From positions 1 through 37,265 of the forward strand of contig JAYPJE010000043.1 of assembly GCA_038128265.1 (NCBI GenBank): a stretch of 37,265 bases of DNA, in the 5' to 3' direction. The stretch comes from Gemmatimonadota bacterium. GTDB lineage: Bacteria > Latescibacterota > UBA2968 > UBA8231. The notes under the pieces were generated by a model. It was not told the origin of the DNA. It made no database searches and was given only the letters and a program-made list of their open reading frames with translations. Below are positions 27,121 to 35,604 of the stretch, in pieces (the stretch's first letter is position 1; each line of letters begins with the position of its first letter). The position numbers were made by a program, and so were the translations under genes.

Positions 27121-27522
27121 GTGGCAACTGTTACCAAAAAAGATCTCGCCCGCGCTGTGGCAGATTCCATCGGCTGCAAAAACAACCTTACCCTGCAGAT
27201 GGTGGACAGTCTTTTCGAGGCGATGCGCGACACATTGATTGAGGGTAACCGCATTGAAATCAGGGGGTTCGGCGTACTCGAAGTCAAGGATACCAAGCCC
27301 AAACCGGCCGCGCGCAATCCGCGCACAGGCGAGGTCGTCTATGTGCCGGCGCGCCGCAAGACCCATTTCAAGCCCGGCAAACAGCTCAAGGAAGCTCTGC
27401 ACGGCACCCACCCACAGGGCGGTGATGGCAGTGAAGGACCGAGCGCCGAGGCGCCGACAGCCAACGCGCCAGCTCCATCTCCCAGCAGTAACGGCGGCAG
27501 CAGCCCCAGTTGGAATTCGTAA
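27121..27522 (+). CDS. HU/IHF family nucleoid DNA-binding protein (IHF-beta-like) with low-complexity C-terminal tail
   Basis: TKKDLARAV, RIEIRGFG, ARNPRTGE, FKPGKQLK; GAGAGG RBS before GTG. Confidence 0.93.
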   Translation: MATVTKKDLARAVADSIGCKNNLTLQMVDSLFEAMRDTLIEGNRIEIRGFGVLEVKDTKPKPAARNPRTGEVVYVPARRKTHFKPGKQLKEALHGTHPQGGDGSEGPSAEAPTANAPAPSPSSNGGSSPSWNS

Positions 27523-27619
27523 CGCCCCGCTGAAACCCCATGCGCGCGCGCTATCGTCGTTTGCGATACGCGCGGAAAATTGCGCCGGATGCCCTCCGGC
27601 ACAGGCGAATCGCCATCCC

Positions 27620-28714
27620 ATACGCCTGGCCTGTCTCCTCTTCCCCCTACTACTCCTTCTGTCCGTGCCCACTCGCGCCAGCTCGCTGCACGTCGGCACA
27701 GACCCGCGCATCGAGCTGCTCACGACGATACAGCTGCTGAGCGGCTATCCCTTTCTCACTCCCTATCACCCACACTACGCACGCGTTGTATTCAACCGCT
27801 TTTCGTCCCATATCGACCATCGGGCCGTGCATCTATTCCGCGCTCTCAGCATCAGCACGGGCTGGTCAGATGCCTATCCGGCCGCCATGCTCTACCTCTC
27901 CGACCCGCCCGAATTAGAAGAGACGTTCCCCCTGCCACCTTCCATATATGCCGCCTTTAGCGGACCCGAAAACTTCGACGCCTTTGTCTCTGCTCTGCGC
28001 AGCTTCGCCCAACAGACGGCCTTTATGCGCTTTTACGACGACCAGCAGCGACTCTTTGGGGATTTGGAAAAGGACGTGCGCCACCTTATTGGCGACCACG
28101 ATCCCATCGCCGCGGTCGAAGCCTACTACGGCACCCGCCAGATAAGCTACCACCTCATTCTCAGCCCTCTGCTGCACCACGGCGGCTTTGGGCCGCATAT
28201 CGGTCGCCCAGGGGGGCCCTATGATGTCTACACGCTACTCGGCCCAACCGGCACGCGCTATGGCCGCCCCACCTACGGCCCGCGCCCCCATTTATTGGAG
28301 CTGGTCTGGCACGAATTCAGCCACGCTTTCACCAACGATTTAGTCCGCGCTCACGGCGATTCCCTGCTGTCCCACGCCGAGCTCTATCTGCCAATCGCCG
28401 AATCCATGCAGCGATTGGGCTATACGCGCTGGCTGGACTGCGCCAACGAACACGTCATACGCGCCGTCACCGCCCGCCTGCACGATCAGTTTATGGGTGT
28501 GGAAGAGCGCAACCGCGCCCTGCGCGACGACTCGCAGCGCGGCTTTCGCTACGTGCATACCCTAAGCGAACGCCTAGCGGAATATGAGTCAAGCCGCGCA
28601 GTATATCCGCGCTTCGCCCTATTTTATCCGCGCATAATCGACGCTTTTGCCGAACTCTCTCCGCAGCGCCTTAGTCTACCTGGCGGCGAAAGAGCTCCTC
28701 CTGCACGGGACTGA
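27620..28714 (+). CDS. Exported DUF4932-like protein with HExxH motif (start uncertain)
   Basis: Signal peptide RLACLLFPLLLLLSVPTRA; DPRIELL, WHEFSHAF, NEHVIRAV; no canonical in-frame start before the signal peptide. Confidence 0.7.
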   Translation: MRLACLLFPLLLLLSVPTRASSLHVGTDPRIELLTTIQLLSGYPFLTPYHPHYARVVFNRFSSHIDHRAVHLFRALSISTGWSDAYPAAMLYLSDPPELEETFPLPPSIYAAFSGPENFDAFVSALRSFAQQTAFMRFYDDQQRLFGDLEKDVRHLIGDHDPIAAVEAYYGTRQISYHLILSPLLHHGGFGPHIGRPGGPYDVYTLLGPTGTRYGRPTYGPRPHLLELVWHEFSHAFTNDLVRAHGDSLLSHAELYLPIAESMQRLGYTRWLDCANEHVIRAVTARLHDQFMGVEERNRALRDDSQRGFRYVHTLSERLAEYESSRAVYPRFALFYPRIIDAFAELSPQRLSLPGGERAPPARD

Positions 28715-30005
28715 CGAGAGCCGCATCGACCTGCCCCGCATCCAGCGCCTGCACAATAACGGCTAAACTCTCACCTACCGCAGACGCCGTTTTTTCTACC
28801 GCTTCCTCGTCGTGCGACCAATTGAGAAACAGCCCTGTGGCCAACAGCACGCCACGTCGGGCGTTTTCCTGCACAAATAGGGTCTGCACCTTTTTGAGCA
28901 GGCCTGGCTCCTCAATGGCAAAGCGAATAGTCGGATGCGCGGCACAGCCAGCGCATTCGACAGGCGCTCCCACGCGCTGGGCAGCCGCATTAATCTGCTC
29001 CCTAAAAAGGCCTCCTATCCGGCGAAAATGGGCAACGGCGTCGCGCTCCTCCAGCGCGCGCAGCGTCGCCAGTGCCGCGCTGGTGCCGACGGCGTCGTCC
29101 CAATAGGCGCTAGATATAAACAGGCGTTCTACAGCGGCCATACAGCTACGCCGCCCCACAACGGCGCCCAGCGGATAGCCGTTGGAAATGGCTTTGGCAA
29201 AGACGGCCAAGTCGGGCGTGACACCGACATACTCCTGCGCACCACCCAAGGCGACGCGAAAACCCGACGACACCTCGTCGAAGACCAACAGGACGCCGTG
29301 CCGATCGGCCAGTGCACGCACGGCCTGCAGATAACCATCCGGCGGCTCCGTGCTGCGCATCGGCTCCATTATAATGCACGCCACGTCGCTGCCGTGCACC
29401 TGCAGGAGCCCTTCCAATTCGGATAGGTCGCCATAGGTAAAGGGCAGGGCCGTCCCCTCTAGGGCTTGCGGTACGCCCAGTGGCTCTATGCCGTTAAACA
29501 GATGGCCTGCCAGGTGCTCGCCCCCCAAATTCGCCGCCAAATACCAGTCGTGCCAACCGTGATAGCCACAAAAGAGCACCTTGTCGCGCCCGCTATGGGC
29601 GCGGGCTATGCGCACGGCAATCGCACAGGCCTCACCGCCTCCCTTACAAAAACGCACCATTTCTGCCGACGGAATGAGCCGAACCAACTCTTCGGCCAAC
29701 AGCACCTGATTTTCATCCAGCAGGCTAGAGACCGTACCGCGCGCCATCTGCGCGCACACGGCCGCATCGACTTCGTCATCGCAATAGCCAAGCACAATGG
29801 GCCCTACGCCGCTGTGCCAATCGATATACTCGTTGCCATCGACATCCCAGATACGGCATCCCTTGGCGCGCTCGGCGTAGATAGGGCTGACACCAAAGGC
29901 CGCGCGCGTCGGTCGCCGGCTGATGAGCTGGGCGACCCCGGGAATGTGCTCCTTAGCGCGGCGGTACAGAGCCAGTGAACGCGCTATGCGCTGGGCATCG
30001 TTCAC
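28671..30005 (-). CDS. Class III PLP aminotransferase (GSA-aminomutase-like), start GTG 30005
   Basis: GGAGG RBS and GTGA overlap; WDVDGNEYID, GYHGWHDW, FDEVSSGFR, FAKAISNGYP. Confidence 0.9.
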   Translation of the reverse strand: MNDAQRIARSLALYRRAKEHIPGVAQLISRRPTRAAFGVSPIYAERAKGCRIWDVDGNEYIDWHSGVGPIVLGYCDDEVDAAVCAQMARGTVSSLLDENQVLLAEELVRLIPSAEMVRFCKGGGEACAIAVRIARAHSGRDKVLFCGYHGWHDWYLAANLGGEHLAGHLFNGIEPLGVPQALEGTALPFTYGDLSELEGLLQVHGSDVACIIMEPMRSTEPPDGYLQAVRALADRHGVLLVFDEVSSGFRVALGGAQEYVGVTPDLAVFAKAISNGYPLGAVVGRRSCMAAVERLFISSAYWDDAVGTSAALATLRALEERDAVAHFRRIGGLFREQINAAAQRVGAPVECAGCAAHPTIRFAIEEPGLLKKVQTLFVQENARRGVLLATGLFLNWSHDEEAVEKTASAVGESLAVIVQALDAGQVDAALVSPVQEELFRRQVD

Positions 30006-31843
30006 GACTGTATCCTCCCACTGCGCAGCGGCGTGCGCACTGTAAACGGCGTCGAACGCCCCCCGCGCACCCTGAGCCAGGACCGATAGGGCGCTCCACC
30101 CGAACCCGCGCTGGCGAAGTCGCACAGGGTCAGCGCACGTCCATCGGCTGCCTTTACTTCGACCGCCACCTGGACGCCAGCAAGGCGCTTGGCGCGCACC
30201 CGCAGGCCGTCCATGGCCAGAGGAGGAATTTGCGGTGGATCAATCTCGTTAAAGCGCCGGTCATAGGTCAGGAGAATCGGACCGCGGTAGAGCGATGCCT
30301 TGCCGCGGCACTCTCGCTGACCCAGCCAGTAGTGCAGCGACATATCGAGGTCTATTTCGACGCAATCCCCCCGTTTCCAGCGTCGCTCAACAACCAGGTA
30401 TGCTCCGGCTCTAGCGCCGCGCACCGACGCACCGTTTACCCGCACGCGCGTGCGCATCGACCAGTGTGGCACGCGCAGATTGAGCGCAAATTCGCTGGCC
30501 TTGCTGGGTGCAACGTGCAGGCGCACGCGGCCCGAATGCGGATAGTCCGTCTCCTGGCGCAGATGCACCTTGATACCGCGGCGCACGGCAATCTCCATTT
30601 CGCCCGAACCGTACCAGTTGAGAAATACGGCCTCGCCGTCGCCGAGCAAGGCCCAGTCGCCGAGTAACCCCAGCGCACGCGGACCATTGACGCTACAGCA
30701 GTTGAGCTCGGGGCTGCCCTCGCGCGCCTGAAAGACGATGTCGTGTGCACTCGCCCTGCGCACGCCGTCCATGGGCGTGTTGTAGGTAACCCAGCGCCCG
30801 CTGGGTGAGTGCAGACCCAGCCCCGAGTTGAGCAGCGAAAGCTCCAATTCGTCGGCGACCACGGAATGGCCCGTCATTTTCAGCACTTCGACCGAAAAAG
30901 CCATCCAGGCGATCGTGCAACAGGTCTCAATCGCTCCCTGATGGTAGGGGTTGCCCTGCGCCTGCTCGCCGGAGGAAAAACCGCCGTTATTGTGGCGGTC
31001 CAGCCGCACTATGCTCCACCATATCTGTTCGCATGCGCGGCGATAGCGCGCTTCACCCGTTATCCAGTAGAGCTCGGCCAGCGCCATGATCGGATGCAAA
31101 CTCTCCCAGCGCGGCTTGGGCGTTTGAAAGAACTCGACGCCGCCCAACGCCTGATTTAGGTAGTCGCCGGCCAGGGGATTTCCCTCCCCATCGGTCGCGG
31201 CGAACTCCTCGACAATCTGTAGCGCTAAGTCGAGATAGGGCCGTTTCCCGTTTCGCCGACAGAGCAGGCACAGCGCGTGCGCCATGGCGAGGTTCATTTC
31301 CGTGCTGCCCGTATCAACCAGACGCAGGCGTTTGCGACCGAGAAACTTTTTGCAGAACAGATCGGCGATGCGCTCGGCACCGCGCAGGGCCTCCGCGTCG
31401 CCGCAGTGCTCGTTCCATAGAAGCAGGCCAAGGGCGATGTGATAATGTCCCCAGGCATCCCACGTCGGCCCCTTCTTACCCCCGACGTTGGGCGCCGTGC
31501 CGCGCAGTCGATAGCGGGCGGGCCACGGTCCCAAATAGCCGTCCTCGGCTTGGCACGCCAGCAGTTCGTCGACAAATTCTTTCACGCAAGCGCGCAGGGC
31601 GCTATCGTCGGTCAGGCGCAGCAGCTGCACGGCGCTGGTCAAATACTTGCCGGCAAACTCACCCGCCCAAGGCACCATATTGCGATAGGGTCGGCGATCG
31701 CGGTCGCGAAACATATCGAGCATAGCGGGATTGGCACGCGGTGCGACCAGCATCCACTGCTGCGTCACAGCGCGCATATAATCGCCCATAGCACCACCCA
31801 GCGCACAGCGCAGCCCCTGGGAACCCAATTCGCGCGTGGCCAT
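30002..31843 (-). CDS. Glycoside hydrolase family 127 (beta-L-arabinofuranosidase-like, DUF1680)
   Basis: WAGEFAGKYL, QAEDGYLG, SGEQ, IETCC and NCCSVNG Zn/Cys motifs, TDYP, LRVPHW, RGPILL; AGGAG RBS; no signal peptide. Confidence 0.88.
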   Translation of the reverse strand: MATRELGSQGLRCALGGAMGDYMRAVTQQWMLVAPRANPAMLDMFRDRDRRPYRNMVPWAGEFAGKYLTSAVQLLRLTDDSALRACVKEFVDELLACQAEDGYLGPWPARYRLRGTAPNVGGKKGPTWDAWGHYHIALGLLLWNEHCGDAEALRGAERIADLFCKKFLGRKRLRLVDTGSTEMNLAMAHALCLLCRRNGKRPYLDLALQIVEEFAATDGEGNPLAGDYLNQALGGVEFFQTPKPRWESLHPIMALAELYWITGEARYRRACEQIWWSIVRLDRHNNGGFSSGEQAQGNPYHQGAIETCCTIAWMAFSVEVLKMTGHSVVADELELSLLNSGLGLHSPSGRWVTYNTPMDGVRRASAHDIVFQAREGSPELNCCSVNGPRALGLLGDWALLGDGEAVFLNWYGSGEMEIAVRRGIKVHLRQETDYPHSGRVRLHVAPSKASEFALNLRVPHWSMRTRVRVNGASVRGARAGAYLVVERRWKRGDCVEIDLDMSLHYWLGQRECRGKASLYRGPILLTYDRRFNEIDPPQIPPLAMDGLRVRAKRLAGVQVAVEVKAADGRALTLCDFASAGSGGAPYRSWLRVRGGRSTPFTVRTPLRSGRIQS

Positions 31844-31957
31844 ACAATATCTCCTAGTCTAAAGAATGTGGTCTACCCATCGGATACCCCCAAGCAGTCT
31901 ATCCCGCCCCTAAAATGGGGTATATCCGGGAGCCATACAACGCCTTTGGCAGCGCAT

Positions 31958-31992
31958 AAAAAAGCGGCGTGGTAGACAACCACCGCGCCGCT
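31958..31992 (-). terminator. Rho-independent terminator
   Basis: Minus strand AGCGGCGCGGTGGT-loop-ACCACGCCGC followed by a T6 tract. Confidence 0.8.
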
Positions 31993-32014
31993 ATACATCC
32001 ATCAACTCCATCGC

Positions 32015-32164
32015 CTACGCTTCCGCTTTCATCCTATCGTACAACTGGACGATCTTTCCGTTACTGTCGGAGGCATTAAATGCCATGCCCGAACGCGGAT
32101 GCTCGTTGGGCAGGGCGGCAATCATAGACGGGCGGTATCTATCGCGCTCTTCGGCGTCGGCCAT
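32015..32164 (-). CDS. Small ORF (49 aa) or gene remnant, not in ORF track
   Basis: MADAEERDRYRPSMIAALPNEHPRSGMAFNASDSNGKIVQLYDRMKAEA; fills the gap between the PhyH stop and the terminator; weak RBS. Confidence 0.35.
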   Translation of the reverse strand: MADAEERDRYRPSMIAALPNEHPRSGMAFNASDSNGKIVQLYDRMKAEA

Positions 32165-32201
32165 CGTTGATAAGCGCCCTACTGAGTCTTTTGCAAGCCG
32201 T

Positions 32202-32972
32202 TTAATCGATCAGTCCCCAGAGGCGCTGGCGCTCCAAAGACCACTTCGGCCACTCCTCTGCAAATATATATTTTAACGCCTCGCTATCCCTTTTGCGCCC
32301 CCCGGCAGGAAAGTAGTTCCAACTCATAGCGCGCCGTCGACCAACCGCTGTCTTAACGCCCGTTGCATGCCAGGTGCTCGGATTCCACACCAGCATCCAG
32401 CGCGGATCCAAGTGCACTTCGACCTCGTGTGGGTGGCGCGCAAAGAGCAAGTCTGGCTCATCGTTGCAAGCGCCTGTCGCCAGTTCGAGCTGCCTCAACT
32501 CCTCGCGCACGTCCTCGCTCGGGCGCCCCATGCTGCCAGGCAGTATGCGCAGCGGGCCGTTGTCAGACCCGTGTGGATCGAGGGCCGTGCGCAGGGCAAC
32601 CTGTGCCACATCGGGCCCACCATCGGCGTGCCAATGCACCTGCCGCTGCGGGCGACCGTCAGAGCTTATTATTTTTGAAGCATCGCCCAGGCCACAGGCA
32701 CCGATATGGATCTCGTCGCATTCCAGCAGGCTGCGCGCCCACGCCAACAGATCCGGACGCTCTACCTGGCGCAGGAGCAATTCGCCCATCATCAGAAACT
32801 GGCAGGCCGAGCGGTTAAAATGATCCGGCAGGTCAGCCCGCTCCCACTCTGGCTCAATGGCCCGCTGGCGAGCGTCAATCTCCGCCATCTCAGCGCCGGA
32901 CAGCGGATTGGCTACCAGCGCAAAGCCGGACCGGTAGAAATGGCGCGACTGCGCCTCACTCAGCCCACCCAT
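32202..32972 (-). CDS. Phytanoyl-CoA dioxygenase (Fe/2OG) family protein
   Basis: WHAD, NGPLRILPGS, TWHATG, RRAMSWNY. Confidence 0.85.
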   Translation of the reverse strand: MGGLSEAQSRHFYRSGFALVANPLSGAEMAEIDARQRAIEPEWERADLPDHFNRSACQFLMMGELLLRQVERPDLLAWARSLLECDEIHIGACGLGDASKIISSDGRPQRQVHWHADGGPDVAQVALRTALDPHGSDNGPLRILPGSMGRPSEDVREELRQLELATGACNDEPDLLFARHPHEVEVHLDPRWMLVWNPSTWHATGVKTAVGRRRAMSWNYFPAGGRKRDSEALKYIFAEEWPKWSLERQRLWGLID

Positions 32973-34048
32973 CAGGCGCTGGCAACGGTTAGCTGACGCA
33001 GCTTTTCCTCGTCGATTTCTACCCCCAAACCTGGCCCCTCAAAGGGATACAAATAGCTTCCCTCGGCGCGCACGCGCTCTTTTGCGGGCGATGCCGTATA
33101 GAGCACGGGCCCCATCGGATCGCAGGGCAAGCCCAGGTTGGGCATGGAGACACCGACGCTGACCTGTGCCGACACGCCGAGCGTTGACTCCTGGTCGGTG
33201 CCGATCAGGCAGCGAAAACCGGCGGACTCCGCCAGGGCAAATAGGCGGCGAATATGCGTTGGCCCGGCTGCCACGCAGGCGACGTTAAAGGCCGTGCAAG
33301 CACCGCTGTCAATCGCCTCATATCCCTGCTGCAAACTGTGAATATGCCAGGTAACGGGCAGATCTACGCGCTTGGTAAACTGGGCGGAGACACGCATGTC
33401 GCGCGAGGGTTGTTCAAAGTGATATGGATCGTGGTGTCGCAGCGCCATACCGTAGCGCAGCACATCCTCCCAGTCGCGAAAGCGGCCGGAAAAATCGAGC
33501 GACTTGAGTTTGATCGCCTCTCCCCAGCGCGACTTAACCTCGCTCAGAAAGCGATCGTCCAGTGCGCTATCTCCCGATACATAGTAGCGAAATAGGTGGT
33601 GGCCCAAGTCAACCAGGCGCTGCAGATAGGAGGCGGCGCGCTCAAAATCATCGCGCACCTGCCAGCCAAAGATTGGATAACAGCAATAGAGCTTGTCACG
33701 GCACTTCCCGCCGAGTAGCTGGTACGCCGGCACGCCCTGCGCCTTGCCGTTGAGATCGTATAGCGCCAGATCGATCGCCGACGCCAAATGCATATCGCTG
33801 ACGCTGGATCCAAAGCGATGCGAGCGCAGCAGTTCATTGATCTCCGTGATATTGCGCGCATCCTGTCCCACAAGCAAATCGTTGTACTGCTGCACGACAG
33901 CCGCCACGTCCTGTGCGCGGCTATCGGAAGCCTCCCCCCACCCTATGGGCCCACTGTCAACGTGCACCTTGACCAATAGGTGACCTGATACGTGGCCGTA
34001 AAAGCGCGGCGTCTCGATCTGAATCGCCTCGACTTTGCATATGTTCAT
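32972..34048 (-). CDS. Enolase-superfamily enzyme related to galactarate dehydratase II (GalrD-II subgroup)
   Basis: GWGEASD, IDLALYDL, CYPIF, FRYYV, KSLDFS, FEQP, TWH, FN, GTDQE, DPMGPVLY, GPGLGVE. Confidence 0.85.
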   Translation of the reverse strand: MNICKVEAIQIETPRFYGHVSGHLLVKVHVDSGPIGWGEASDSRAQDVAAVVQQYNDLLVGQDARNITEINELLRSHRFGSSVSDMHLASAIDLALYDLNGKAQGVPAYQLLGGKCRDKLYCCYPIFGWQVRDDFERAASYLQRLVDLGHHLFRYYVSGDSALDDRFLSEVKSRWGEAIKLKSLDFSGRFRDWEDVLRYGMALRHHDPYHFEQPSRDMRVSAQFTKRVDLPVTWHIHSLQQGYEAIDSGACTAFNVACVAAGPTHIRRLFALAESAGFRCLIGTDQESTLGVSAQVSVGVSMPNLGLPCDPMGPVLYTASPAKERVRAEGSYLYPFEGPGLGVEIDEEKLRQLTVASA

Positions 34049-35223
34049 AGCGACCTATTCTCCTTGCCAAGAACGCGCAGTCCGTTTAACAGCGCATCAA
34101 TTTCTTCTTCTAATTGAAAAAATGTTATGCTCGCACGCAGTCCTTCGCGGCCGTGCGGAAGAGCCTTTACGACAATATTCCAACGCGCGCGCAGTGCAGT
34201 GCACAGGTCCTTGCCAGCTATTCCATCGTAACCAAAACTGACGAGTGCAGCCGAGGATTCTGCACCTGTTGGCGTGTATAGCTCGGCACCGGAATCCGCC
34301 AAACCCTCTTTTAGAAAAGCAGCCAGTTCCTGCGTGCGCTGCTCTATCGCCGGTAGGCCAATCGACTGCAGATATGCAGCTGATCGCGCCCAGGCGTGCA
34401 CTAGGGGCCACGACCACGGACCGTATTGGAAGCGCTCGGCGCTGTCGCGCAAACGGTAGGTATCGCGTTCAAAGTCCAACGCCGCCTGCGATCGCCCCCC
34501 CGCGTAGCGCACCTGCAGCACGTCCAGCATCTCGCTGCGCACAAAGAGCGCGCCGGCAGCATACGGCGCATACATCCACTTGTAGGACAACAAGCCGGCA
34601 AAGTCGCAGCCGATCGCCCGCAGCGATAGCGGAGATAAACCTGCCGAATGGGCCAAATCGACAAAGCTCAATATGCCGCGGGCGCGTGCCTCGACGCACA
34701 GAGGCTCTACCGGCAGGCGGAACCCTCTGTCGGTCGTGACGTGACTCACGGCCAGCAAACGCGTGCGCTCGTCCATTTCCCTCCGGAAGAGCGCGAGCTG
34801 TTCCTGCGGATCGGCCACGAGCGCCACTTTTACCACCTCAATTCCGCAAACGTCGCGCAGGTGTAGGAGCGGCAGCAGCAAGGCGGCCTCTTCGTCCTCG
34901 CTTATCAGCACGCGATCCCCTGCGCTCCAATCCAAGCCGCGCAGGACCGTTTGGAAGGCTTCACTAACGCCGCGCATCAGCGCCAGCTCGCTCACATCGC
35001 AGGAAAAAAAGTTGGCCAGCACCTCCATGCTGTGCGCACGCCGCGGGTATTCTTCTTCCGGAAAGGCGATGTGCATGGGGCCGCGCTCGAGCAGCTCTTG
35101 CATCCGCTCGGCGTGCTCGCGTGCAACGGGCAGCGGAGTAATGCTAACGCCGCCGTTTTGAAACCAGACAACGTTTTCTAACGCGGGGAATTCACCGCGC
35201 ACTCTATCGAGATCAATTGCCAT
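34045..35223 (-). CDS. Class V PLP-dependent enzyme (start ATG 35223)
   Basis: RGEFPAL, VSHV, FVDLAH, SYKWM (PLP lysine), LRAS; no SufS/IscS catalytic Cys motif. Confidence 0.88.
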   Translation of the reverse strand: MAIDLDRVRGEFPALENVVWFQNGGVSITPLPVAREHAERMQELLERGPMHIAFPEEEYPRRAHSMEVLANFFSCDVSELALMRGVSEAFQTVLRGLDWSAGDRVLISEDEEAALLLPLLHLRDVCGIEVVKVALVADPQEQLALFRREMDERTRLLAVSHVTTDRGFRLPVEPLCVEARARGILSFVDLAHSAGLSPLSLRAIGCDFAGLLSYKWMYAPYAAGALFVRSEMLDVLQVRYAGGRSQAALDFERDTYRLRDSAERFQYGPWSWPLVHAWARSAAYLQSIGLPAIEQRTQELAAFLKEGLADSGAELYTPTGAESSAALVSFGYDGIAGKDLCTALRARWNIVVKALPHGREGLRASITFFQLEEEIDALLNGLRVLGKENRSL

Positions 35224-35248
35224 AGACACGGAATCCCAGCAGAAACGC

Positions 35249-35281
35249 AAAAGGGGCCGCCCCTGTAGGACAGCCCCTTTT
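35249..35281 (-). terminator. Rho-independent terminator (possibly bidirectional)
   Basis: Minus strand AAAAGGGGCTGTCC-TACAG-GGGCGGCCCCTTTT, 20 nt after the 74-aa gene. Confidence 0.75.
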
Positions 35282-35300
35282 ACACTTCGCCAGAATCAAT

Positions 35301-35525
35301 TCAGCGCCGGCGCCGGCGCCGCTGCTGTGGCGCATTGCGCTTTGGCCGGGAAGAAGAGGGCTCTTCGGCCACGTCTCCGCACAGCAGCGCCTCTAAGTTA
35401 TCAAAGGCCGTGCCGATCATATCCTCGTCCCAATCCCCGTCAATTTTAATCTTCAACATCTCTTTTATGGCCTCTAATTCTTCGCCCTGGGCCTGCAGTT
35501 TGGCTTGTACAGCTTGGTTCTCCAT
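35301..35525 (-). CDS. Small acidic helical protein with hexa-arginine C-terminus (74 aa)
   Basis: GGAGG upstream, candidate promoter and terminator; MENQAVQAKLQAQGEELEAIKEML...PQQRRRRRR. Confidence 0.7.
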   Translation of the reverse strand: MENQAVQAKLQAQGEELEAIKEMLKIKIDGDWDEDMIGTAFDNLEALLCGDVAEEPSSSRPKRNAPQQRRRRRR

Positions 35526-35564
35526 TATAACTCGCTCTTTCCTCCGTTCAAAGAATCCTTACAC

Positions 35565-35593
35565 AATCTAACGGTGCAGTACGGTTGGCGCAA
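35565..35593 (-). promoter_or_regulatory. Candidate promoter TTGCGC-N17-TAGATT
   Basis: 17-nt spacer, about 40 nt upstream of the ATG of the 74-aa gene. Confidence 0.5.
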
Positions 35594-35604
35594 CGATCCA
35601 CGCC

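Noticed and set aside
27239..27619. N-terminal extension of the DUF4932-like ORF overlapping HU
   Set aside because: Lies off-frame inside the HU gene and would bury the signal peptide
28671..30005. Calling the class III aminotransferase hemL
   Set aside because: GYHGWHDW variant and non-tetrapyrrole context; only the family is supportable
32072..32084. Palindrome GGCATT-A-AATGCC
   Set aside because: Short, lies within the small ORF, and not positioned at a promoter
34045..35223. Calling the class V enzyme sufS/iscS
   Set aside because: No catalytic Cys loop and no Fe-S cluster genes nearby
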